This document shows positions 38,201 through 47,600 of a DNA stretch of 60,904 nt, one piece after another. A program made the position numbers and the translations under genes. Position 1 is the first letter of the stretch. Each line of letters opens with the position of its first letter. The DNA lies in NCBI GenBank assembly GCA_014728225.1, contig WJLX01000079.1:1-60904 (forward strand), read 5' to 3'. The notes beneath the pieces are model-generated. The model made no database searches. It saw only the letters and a list, made by a program, of their open reading frames with translations, and was not told the origin of the DNA. This DNA comes from Candidatus Coatesbacteria bacterium (lineage in GTDB: Bacteria; RBG-13-66-14).

Positions 38201-40888
38201 CTGCTGACCTTCTACGAGCGTAAAACCTTCAACACCTACATCACCACCCGGGTGGTCCCCGAGGAGAAGATTCTCAACGTCGAGGTCCTGCCGGGCCAGG
38301 AACAGTACGGTCCCGGCGAGACGGCGAGCCTCGAGGTCCGGGTGACCGACTGGCAGGGTAATCCCGTCCAGAGCCGCCTGACCCTGACGGCCTTCGACAA
38401 GTCGCTGTTCGTCCTGGGCGCCCAGCCCCACCTCGATATCCGCAGCCATTTCTTCCGCGACTTCAACTACGGCAGCCTCTCGGTCTACAGCTCCGCCGAC
38501 AGCTACATCTACTCCGACTTCATCGACCACTGGGCCCACCCCGCCGGCGAGCTGCCCCATGGCTGGCTGCTGGCCAACCTGGGCCTCGTCACCACCGCGG
38601 AAGACATCCCCGCCCCTTCGGCCTACGCCCCCGAAGAAAAGGCGATGGCCGAGAGCCCGATGATGATGGACGGCGGCATGGCCGGTGAAGTAGACGCTAT
38701 GGCCGCCGGCACCGGCGCCGGCGGTATGGGCGGCGCCGATGAATCCGAACAGAGCGCCCGCTACAACCAGTCGGCCTCCGAGCTCCTCGAAACCATGGGC
38801 GAGCTGGTCCGCGAGGACTTCCGCGATACCGCCCACTGGCAGACCCAGGTCCGCACCGACGCCCGGGGCCGCGCCGAGGTCTCCTTCCAGCTCCCCGACG
38901 ACCTCACCGGCTGGCGCGTAGTCGCCTGGGCCTACGAGGACGACCGCGTCGGCCAGGCCGAGACCGACTTCCGCACCACCCTGCCCGTGATCACCCGACT
39001 GGGTTATCCCCGCTACCTGACCGCCGGCGACGAGTGCACCCTGACCCTCTCGGTGCGCAACAACGCCGCCCGGACCGCCGCGGGCAAGGCCGGGATGGTG
39101 GCCGAGCAAAACGATGTCAAGCTGCTCGACGAGCTGCGCGACATCGCCCCCGAGGCCGGCGGCGAGGCCGTGCTGGACTTCCGCCTGGCCGTCGAGGAGG
39201 CCGGCCTGGTCAGCCTGACCGGTCTGGCCCAGACCGACCGCGGCTCCGACGCCCAGGCCCGGCGCTTCGAGGTCATCGACCACGGCGCGCCGATCTACCT
39301 CTTCGAGTCCGGCCGCACCGAGGACGACCCCTACCGCTTCACCTTCCGCATGCCCGAGCAGATCGACCCCGACCAGACCCACCTGCGCGTCTGGCTGCAT
39401 CCCAGCCTGGCCGCCGGGCTGAAGGAATCCCTCTACTTCCTGCAGGAGTACCCCTACAACTGCGTCGAGCAAACCGCTTCGCGTTTCTGGCCCGCCGCCG
39501 TCTTCGCCCGGGCCATGAACGAACTCGATGTGCCCGAACACCTCGCCGTGGGCTCGGCCGAGGACTCGATCACCGAGGGCGTCACCCGGCTCTACGGCAC
39601 ACAGAACGCCGACGGCGGCTGGCCCTGGTGGGCCGGAGGCTACTCCTCCGAGCACATCACCAGCTACGTCCTGGTGGCCCTCCACGAGGTCGGCGAGCTG
39701 GACTGGATCGACAACGAGCTGGAACGCAAACGCCTGGCGATGGCCGAGAACGGCCTCGACTACCTGGAGCGCCGCCTCGAAGCCCTCGAACCCGACGAAA
39801 CCCTGGCCCTCTACTCCATGTACGCCCTGGCCCTCTGGGACCACGACGTACCGAGCAAGATCTGGCGTCTGACCTACGACACCCGCGAACAGCTCGGCAG
39901 CTACTCCCGCGCCCTACTGGCCCTGTTCCTCCACGAAAACGGCGAGGGCAACGAGGCCCGGCAGGTGATCGAGAACATGGAGGGCTACGCCGAGATCACC
40001 GACGAGGACGCCTACTGGGGCGATTGGGAGTGGGGCTGGTACTGGTGGCAGGACCGCGTCGAGACCACCGCCCTGTCGCTGAAGGCCCTCCTGGCCATCG
40101 ACCCCGAGCACGAGCTGATGGAGAAGGCCGCCCACTGGCTGCTGGTCAACCGACGGGCCAACCGCTGGAAGTCCACCATCGACACCTCGCTGTGCGTCTG
40201 GACCCTGATGGATTACCTCGAGGAAACCGGTGAGCTCGAAGCCGATTACACCGCCGTCGTCGAGCTGGGCGACGAGGTACTGGCCTCCACCACCTTCGAA
40301 CCCGAAGACGTCTGGGGCGAGGGCACCGTCTACGAACGCTTCGGCGAGGAGGTCCAGCCCGGCGAGCTGCCGATGGTCTTCCGCAAGGAGGACGGCCCCG
40401 GCCGCCTCTACTTCACCGCCAGCCTCGAGTACTACTCCAAGGAAGAGCTGATCCCCGCCCATTGGGACACCGTGCGCGTCGAGCGTCAACTGTACCTCGT
40501 CGGTCAAGACGACGAGACCCTGACGCCGCTGGCCGAAGTCGACAACACCATCACCGTCGGCGATTACGTCGAGGTCGTCCTGACCGTCGAAAGCCCCAAC
40601 GACTTCGACTACGTCGCCGTCGAGGACCCGCGCATCGCCGGCTGCGAGTTCCTGCCCAAGGACCGCTCCGGCTGGGACTGGCGCTCCGGAACCTACCGAG
40701 AGATCAAGGAAAAGCTGACCGCCTTCTTCTACCAAACCCTGACCGTCGGCGAGCACGAAATCCGCTACCGGGTGCGCGCCGAGCGCCCCGGCGTCTACCA
40801 CGTCCTGCCCACACAACTCTACGGCATGTACGCCGTCGACATCCGCGCCAACGCCGCCGAGGTCGTGGTAACCGTCAACGCCGAGTAG
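35237..40888 (+). CDS. Bacterial alpha-2-macroglobulin (MG2-domain) protein with intact thioester motif and N-terminal TPR-like segment
   Basis: TDRTLYKPGDTV, EEYKKPEFDV, VREDFRDTAHW, FQLPDDLTGW, YPYNCVEQ (CxEQ), QNADGGWPWW, WKSTIDT, YRVRAERPG.YHVLP; signal peptide; GGAGG SD. Confidence 0.95.
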   Translation: MSKWSRLALVLLLLTAGGALADAEELFEDAEEYYNNKSYHLALENYEELISRYSGSRYVPQAMYKAARSAEYLSEYEAVSGYYLRLAKYYGDTYWGALAKLQVSDNMFWWSHPELTYPQTYTMQQQLLFEAAETMEDVKDDLDEPYDAECVDQLARLYMRLGNQAVYNEDGGVDEDFDADAWWWENYERSVELEPSPEIAQEAYYAMGQRRLGRVFVEPYPEEAPTLQQWRSLMAERYETNLEYLEDALEYWGVILENWPECRTAHRIFIDRAEYTEVFLDSPSGALELYREAAERYEDDWDKSGEASNNARRLTTPNLDLPRVAEQLPTGEKLSFSYTSRLAESAELRLYRLTEEQLIGLYDGTFPEVEQEKPYERDVPELDGLELVFSETLELPGINDYHPHYDIYNTDNPGPGLYLLTALVDGELSSATSFTVSDLGAFLANGYGGGYVWSAWLEDGEYAPGANLNVWESYYDSRYYHELWRSDETDRDGWVQFATPNEEIESPVAVVETQGHYALVDSYDFYALPEFDPVGCALTDRTLYKPGDTVYFEIHVREEVTPSGRIYGYEPVTDLELTVEAYAGDLIYEGELVTDRRGRCGASFDIPEDVQLGYINLNAYWTDADDYTHSIVYQDLRLEEYKKPEFDVSVSLERGPLRLGGEARAAVSASFLSGEPLADGEVRYTVSRTPRYWMPEFPTEDDKTLPPWFEAETYDDYYYYWWYYEPETVYTGSVVLDDEGRADFPVVLIPPEGDPNAGYLESGWYTYYYDFNLDLTVADSTGRAVDGSASTQAARHLYQPAVSFENGTVAKGDDWLGDFTLIDLFDEPAAEREVTVNLYEMPTDYSWYYTGLEDEPWLTFTGVTNDDGVLELEIDTDILDPGSYLLALGFTDPWSGEREYYHYLYLTAEPVEPEEVPPSLTLSLDEEFYVVGDTATVTIDWNKEPVEGMLVVESGGLMREHYPVDIREGQTTQPIELTGHHAPTTSIRLLTFYERKTFNTYITTRVVPEEKILNVEVLPGQEQYGPGETASLEVRVTDWQGNPVQSRLTLTAFDKSLFVLGAQPHLDIRSHFFRDFNYGSLSVYSSADSYIYSDFIDHWAHPAGELPHGWLLANLGLVTTAEDIPAPSAYAPEEKAMAESPMMMDGGMAGEVDAMAAGTGAGGMGGADESEQSARYNQSASELLETMGELVREDFRDTAHWQTQVRTDARGRAEVSFQLPDDLTGWRVVAWAYEDDRVGQAETDFRTTLPVITRLGYPRYLTAGDECTLTLSVRNNAARTAAGKAGMVAEQNDVKLLDELRDIAPEAGGEAVLDFRLAVEEAGLVSLTGLAQTDRGSDAQARRFEVIDHGAPIYLFESGRTEDDPYRFTFRMPEQIDPDQTHLRVWLHPSLAAGLKESLYFLQEYPYNCVEQTASRFWPAAVFARAMNELDVPEHLAVGSAEDSITEGVTRLYGTQNADGGWPWWAGGYSSEHITSYVLVALHEVGELDWIDNELERKRLAMAENGLDYLERRLEALEPDETLALYSMYALALWDHDVPSKIWRLTYDTREQLGSYSRALLALFLHENGEGNEARQVIENMEGYAEITDEDAYWGDWEWGWYWWQDRVETTALSLKALLAIDPEHELMEKAAHWLLVNRRANRWKSTIDTSLCVWTLMDYLEETGELEADYTAVVELGDEVLASTTFEPEDVWGEGTVYERFGEEVQPGELPMVFRKEDGPGRLYFTASLEYYSKEELIPAHWDTVRVERQLYLVGQDDETLTPLAEVDNTITVGDYVEVVLTVESPNDFDYVAVEDPRIAGCEFLPKDRSGWDWRSGTYREIKEKLTAFFYQTLTVGEHEIRYRVRAERPGVYHVLPTQLYGMYAVDIRANAAEVVVTVNAE

Positions 40889-40909
40889 CAACTCCGCCAA
40901 ACCACCCAA

Positions 40910-40939
40910 CGGGGCCCCCGCCGGGGGCCCCGCTTTTTT
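40910..40939 (+). terminator. Intrinsic terminator
   Basis: cggggccccc-gcc-gggggccccg followed by T6. Confidence 0.85.
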
Positions 40940-40965
40940 ACGTCCCGCACCTCCCGACCAACCGC

Positions 40966-41174
40966 CGCCGGACAACCGTTGAAAAACAGCCCGCCGGCTA
41001 CTCCCCACTGCGTCGGGAACGGCAAAGTGCCGGAACTGGCACGGTTTTTGCGGAGGCGAACCGTTATCGTCGTCCGCAACGGTCGCCGAGATGCAAAAAC
41101 CGTGCCAGTTCCGGCATCGTGGTTCTCGCAACGCCGCGGATCGTCTGGGGCTGTTTTTCAACGGTTGTCCGGCG
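40966..41174. repeat. Nested-palindrome element, copy 7
   Basis: Perfect ~27-bp outer IR cgccggacaaccgttgaaaaacagccc; conserved inner core. Confidence 0.95.
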
Positions 41175-41315
41175 CTCCATGAGCGTTCGCCAAGCCGGTG
41201 TTTGTGACGCTGGGTCAGCTTGATTGGAACGTCCGGGCACCGGCTGCGTATACAGACAATGGCCTTTCCGGCCCGGCGACATCCGGCATCATCGAGTATC
41301 CATCCGGGAGGTGCC

Positions 41316-41519
41316 ATGCGACCTGTGTGTCGACTGCTCGAGCACTGCCCACTGATCCGCAAGCTGCAATCCAAGGAGGCCGCCGAACTCTTCATCCTGC
41401 TCTACTGTCGCGGCGACTGGCGTCGCTGCCGCCGTTGGCTCGCCTACTTCCGGGGCGAAGTCGTGCCCGACGATCTGACCCCAAACGGTCGTCGGTTGGA
41501 CAGCCGGGCGGCGGGTTGA
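41316..41519 (+). CDS. Small Cys-rich hypothetical protein (67 aa)
   Basis: C.....C...YC.GD...C.R...VP.DL.P pattern; GGGAGGTG SD; followed by a hairpin. Confidence 0.72.
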   Translation: MRPVCRLLEHCPLIRKLQSKEAAELFILLYCRGDWRRCRRWLAYFRGEVVPDDLTPNGRRLDSRAAG

Positions 41520-41525
41520 CTTTGA

Positions 41526-41560
41526 GACGGGTCCCCGGCGGAGACCCGTCGTTTATTGTT
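41526..41560 (+). terminator. Intrinsic terminator candidate
   Basis: gacgggtc...gacccgtc stem followed by a T-rich tract. Confidence 0.6.
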
Positions 41561-41607
41561 TACGGTTGCCGCAGCGGGCCGGCGGTGATAGAATGAAATA
41601 AACAACT

Positions 41608-41624
41608 ATTGTCATAGTGACAAT
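41608..41624. promoter_or_regulatory. Candidate operator palindrome upstream of the giant kinase
   Basis: ATTGTCA-tag-TGACAAT, just downstream of a TG-A-TAGAAT extended -10. Confidence 0.4.
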
Positions 41625-41669
41625 GGCGGTACTTTCCATCCGCCCTTCCCACCCTCCAGCCTCTTTCCC

Positions 41670-44600
41670 GTGATGAAGGACGAGCGAAAAACCAAAGCCC
41701 AGCTCATCGAGGAGCTCAAGGAGCTCCGCCGCCGCCTGGCCGAGTTGACCAGCGAGACGGTGGCCGAGCTTCGCGGGCGGGGGGAGGTCGTCGACGCCGC
41801 CGAGAAGAGCGGTGTCGATCTCTACCGGCTGCTGGTCGAGCACGCCCCCGTCGGGGTGCTGCTGGCCGATACCGGGGGCAATCTTAAGCTGGTCAACGAG
41901 AAGCTGGTTGAGCTCCTCGGCTCGCCCTCGACCGAACTGACCCTGGCCATCAATCTGCTGGAGTTCCAACCCCTGGTCGAGTCCGGTTTCTCCGGGCTGT
42001 TCAAGAGCGCCGCCGACGGCGGTGAAACCCTGGTCCAGGAGCTTTCGTACCGCTCCCACTGGGGCCGCGAGCTGGAGGCCCGGGTCCAGCTCACGCCGAT
42101 TCTGAATGCCGATGACAGGGTAGAGGCCGTCCTCGGGCTGATCGAGGACGTCAGCCGGGTGAAGCTGATGGAGCGGGCTCTGGAGCAGACCGAGCACCGC
42201 TACGAGACCCTGCTGGACCTAGTGCCTGACGGCGTGGTCATCGTCGACGAGGAGTTGATGGTTGGGGCCGTCAACGACCGGGCCCTGGAGATTCTGGGAC
42301 GGGGGAACAGGGCGAAGCTGTTGGGGACCGACGGCTTGGCTCTGCTGGGCGGTCGCGAGGCCGACAAGGCCGCGGACAATGCCGAGAAACTGCGCGCGTT
42401 GGGCCGCACCCGTGGGGCGGAATACGAGTTGCGCCGCCCCGACGGTGAAACGATCATCGTGGGGGTGCGGGCCTCTGTGCTGGGAACCGCGGAGCGTCCC
42501 GCGGGCTACCTGGTGATCCTGCGCGATCTGACGGATTATCGGCGGGCCGAAGAGCGTCTGCGTCGCAGCGAGGAGCGCCTGCGGGAGGTCGTCGAGGGCG
42601 CCGAGCTGGGCTACTGGGACTGGGATATCGCCGCCGGCACCTTGCACCTCAATGAGCGTTGGGCTTCAATGCTGGGCTACAGCCTGGACGAGGTCGAAGC
42701 CAGCTACGAGGGTTGGCGGGAACTGGTCCATCCCGAGGACCTGGAACGGGTGGAAAGCGAGCTTCAGCGCCACCTCGACGGCGAGAGCGAGGCCTACGAG
42801 TGCGAGTACCGGATGCGGTCCGCGGACGGCGGCTGGAGTTGGATCCTCAGCCGGGGCAAGGTGCGCGAGCGCGACGTCGCCGGGCAGCCGTTACGCGCCG
42901 CCGGCATCCACCAGGACGTCGGTAAGCGCAGGCGGGCAGAACTGGAGCGCGACGAGAGCCGCCGCCGGCTGCAGTCCTTTGTCGAGAAAGTCCCCGACGT
43001 GCTCTACCGGGCGGATCTGCGCGCCAAGCGTTTCGAGTTTTTGGCGTCCTCGGTGGAGCGGATGCTCGGCTATCCCTACGGGGAGGTCTGGAACGACTTC
43101 AAGAACTTCACCCTCAAGGTGTTGCATCCCGACGATCGTGAGCGCGTCGAGGACGAGGTCCGGACCTTCATCGGCAATGGTCCCCGGGACGAGACCCTGG
43201 AGATCACGGCGCGGATGATCCGCTCCGACGGCCGGATCATCTGGGTCCGCGACAGCATCCGCTACGAGTGGGACGATGAGGGTCTGGCGATCGTCAACGG
43301 CGTAATGACCGACATCACCAGCCAGGTGGAGACCGAGCAGAGCTATCGGGCCCTGGTCGAGGAAGCCCTTGTCGGCGTCTACATCTTCCACCCCCCCGCC
43401 GAACCCGACGATCCGGGACGTTTCATGTTCGTCAACGACGAGATGAGCCGGATCACCGGTTACTCCAAAGACGAACTGCTGGCCCTGGACACCGGCGAGC
43501 TGACCCATCCCGACGATCATCGCCCGCTGATGGATCGGATGGCTGAACGCCTCGAAGGTCGGGAAGTGCCCAGTCGCTACACCATGCGCATCCGGCGCAG
43601 GGACGGTAGGACGGCGGTGCTGCGCGTCTCGACGCGGCCGATCACCTACCGCGGCCGCCAGGCGTTCCTGGGTAACTGCTCCGACGTCACCGAAACGGTC
43701 AACTACGAGGAGGAACTCCAGAGCCGGGTCAAGCACAGTGAGACCCTGGCGGATCTGTCCGGGGTCTTCTTCGAAACCGCGGGTCGGGAGGAGATCCTCT
43801 CCCGGGCCGCCGATCTGCTGGCCGAGTCCTTTCCGGTTTTCGTCAGCCTGAACCTGCTCGACGCGGAGCGGGGTAAGCTGGTAATGGCCGAGTACCGCAC
43901 CGACGACAAGCTGCTCAATTTCCTCAACGATCTCGTCGGTCGGCCGCTGGACGGCTGGGAGATTCCCCTGGATCAGGATTCGGTCATCAGCCGGACGATG
44001 ACCAGCGGTCGCCCGACGGTCTGCGGCCTGGATTTCACCCCGGACGAGGAGGTCGAGAAAACGACCCTGGTCGAGATGCTGCGGGCGATGGTCGAGGAGA
44101 AGAGCCCCCTGCGCCGGCTGGCCGGGCGGGCGGCCAAACGGATGGGCGCCGCCGGGCTGCTGGGCATTCCCTTCATCGACTCCAGCGGCCGGATCGTCGG
44201 CTCATTGACGGTCTTGTCGCGGGAGACCTTCGGTCGGGACGACTACAATCTGGCCAAGGTGGCCGCCGACCAGATCGGCCGCGCCCTGGAACAGCACCGC
44301 CTCAACGAAGAGCTACGCGCATCCGAGGAGCGCTTCCGCAGCGTCTTCTCCAACGTCCATCTCGGCGTCTACCGCACAACCCCGGACGGCCGCATCCTGC
44401 TGGCCAACCAGGCCATGGTCGAGATGATGGGCTTCACGACCCTCGAGGAGCTGCTGGACCACAACCTGGAGACCAACGGCTACCAGCCCCAGCTCTCCCG
44501 GGCGGACTTCAAGCGGGAGCTCGAGGAGCGCGGCGAGATCGTCGGCCGGGAGTACACCTGGACCAAACGCGACGGCCGGACGCTCTACGTCCGGGAGAGC

Positions 44601-47600
44601 GCCCGGGCCGTGCGCTCCCCCGACGGCACGGTGCGTTACTACGAAGGCACCGTCGAAGATCTGACCGAACGGCGGCGTACCGAGCAGGCCCTGGCCGATA
44701 GCGAGGAGCAGTACCGCCTGCTGGCCGAAACCGCCGACGACGTCATCATCATCCACGACATCCAGGGTCGGATCATCTATACCAATCCCGCCGGTGTGGA
44801 CAAATTGGGCTACACAGCCGCGGAACTGATCGGAAGCCCCATCGACGATTATCTCGCCAACAGCGGCGACACGGCTATCGACGAGCGACGCCGACGGCGC
44901 CGGGCCGGTGAGCAGGGCGTTTTCTCCTATGAACGCGAGGTTGTGGCCAGGGACGACCGCCGCCTGCTGATGGAGATCAACTCCTCGATGATCGAGCGCG
45001 AGGGTGAGCCGTGGGGCATCCTGCTGATCGCCCGGGACATCACCGAGCGTCGCAGCGCCGAGCTGGAACTCGAGCGGGCCAACGCCCGCCTGCGGGCCCT
45101 GGTGGAGGAGAAGGAGGCCGCCGAGGAGCGCTACCGCAGCCTGCAGGAGAACCTGCCCCTGGGCGTCTACCGGGTCACCCCGGCCGGGGAGTTCATCGAG
45201 GTCAACGACGCCTTTGTCAAGCTCTTCGGTTTCACCGATCGGGAGGAGCTCTTCCAGCGGCGGGCCGTCGAGCTGTACGTGGACGAGGAACGCCGCACGG
45301 AGCTGATGGAGGCCATGCGCCGCGACGGCGTGGTCAACGGCTTCCAGGCCCGCCTGCACCGGGCCGACGGCCAAACCTTCTGGGTCTCGATCGACGTCCG
45401 CGCCGTGCGCGACGCCGCCGGTGAGGTCGTCTATCACGACGGCATCCTGACCGACATCTCGGCGGTCAAGCGCGCCGAAACCGTCCGCGAGGTTCTGTTC
45501 AACATCGCCAACGCCATCAACACCTGCGAAAGCACCGACGAGCTCTACCCCCTCATCCACCGCAACCTGTCGCGGATCATCGACACCACCAACTTCTTCA
45601 TCACCCTCTACGACCGTGAGCCCAACCTTCTCGTCTTCCCCTACTACGTCGACAGCAGGAAAGAGAGTCTGACGGAGTTCCCGGCCGAGCAGACGGTCAG
45701 CCACTACGTCATCCGCAGCGGCGAGACCCTGCTGGCCGACGACGAAGTCTTCGACGAGCTGATCGAACGGGGCGAGATCGCCCCCCGGGGCCGGATGGCC
45801 AGCCCCCGGGTCTGGCTCGGAGCGCCGCTCAAGCGCGGCGATGAGGTCTTCGGTGTGGTGGCCGTCCAGAATTACGACGATCCGCGAACCTACGACGAGC
45901 ATGACCGCGAGCTGCTGGAGACGGTCTCCAGCCAGATCGCCAACGCCGTCGACAAGCTGCGGACCGAACGGGCGCTGCGCGATTCGGAGAACCGCTTCCG
46001 CACCCTCTACGAGAACATGGCCGGCGGAGTGCTGATCATCGATGAGGAATACGTCATCCGCGACATCAACGAGCACACCTGTCAGATCACCGGCTACGAC
46101 CGCGCAGAGCTGGTCGGCGAACCGTGCGACATCATCTGTCCCAAGGGCTCCGATTCCGGTGAGTGCCCCATCTGGGCCGAGGGCCAAGACGGCTTCCGCG
46201 GGATGGATACCACCATCAAGTGCCGCGACGGGCGGCTGAACCCGATCCTGAAAAACGCCAATCGTATCGAGCTCGACGGTCGGACCTACATCATTGAGAA
46301 CTTCCAGGACATCTCCGACGTCAAGCGCGCCGAGACCGTTCAGGACGTCCTGTTCGCCATCGCCAATTCGATCAACACCTGCGAGCGCCTCGACGACCTC
46401 TACCCGATAATCCATCGCAACCTGGCCCGGGTCCTGGAAACCACCAACTTCTTCATCGCCCTCTTCGACGAGTCCAGCAACACCCTGCGCTTCCCCTACT
46501 TCGCCGACGTCGACGAGATCCTCAAGGAGTACCCGGCCGAAAAAACCCTCTGTCATTACGTCGTCCGCCGGGCCGAGGCGGTGCTCGTTGATTCTGCAGG
46601 CTTCGATGAACTCGCTGAAACCGGGGAGATCGAACCACGTGGCGACCTCAAACGACCCCGCGTCTGGCTGGGCGCGCCGCTCAAGCGCGGCGACGAGGTC
46701 TTCGGCGTGGTGGCCGTTCAGAGTTACGACGACGACGCGGCCTACAACGACGACGACCGGGAGCTGCTGCAGCTGATCGCCCACCAGATCGCCAACGCCG
46801 TCGACGAACTCCAGGCCGAGCAGGCCCTGCGGGAGAGCGAGGAGCGCTTCCGGCGGATGGCCGACAACATCTCCGACGGCCTGGCGATCATCGAGGACGG
46901 CCGCGTCGTCTATGTCAACGAGCGGTTGTGCGAGATCCTCCAGCGCGAGCGCGCCGAGATCGAGGCCGGGCTGACCGGGATCGACATCGCCGCCCCCGAC
47001 GAGGTCGAACGCCTCGAGCGCCTGCGCCGCCGAACCCTGGAGAGCGGTGAGCCCCTCCGCTCGCTGGAGTTCTGGATCGAACGCCCCGACGGCGAGCGCC
47101 GCTGCATCCACAACCGCTACTCCCACAGTATTACCCCGGACGGCGTTCGAAACCGCTACGTGGTCACCTCGGACATCACCGAGCGCAAGCTGGCCGAGCG
47201 CGCCCTGCGGGAGAGCGAGGACAAGTTCCGCCTGATCAGCGAGAACTCGCTGATGGGTATCCTGATCCTCCAGGAAGGGGTGATCAGGTACGCCAACCGG
47301 GCGATGACCGACCTGACCGGCTATACCCCGGAGGAGCTGCTGGCCTGGGATCCCGGCGAGTTCGCCCGCCTGATCCATCCCGAGGATCGGGGCTTCGTCA
47401 TCGAGCAGAGCACGAAAAAGCAGCGCGGCGAAACCACGGGGATCATCCCTCATTACTCCTACCGCGGCGTGGCCAAGGACGGCAGGATCGGCTGGATCGA
47501 CCAGTACTCCACCTCGATCTCCTATCAGGGGGCTCCGGCGGTGCTGGTGATGATGGTCGAGATCACCGAGCAGAAGCGGGCCGAGGAGGCGTTGCAGGAA

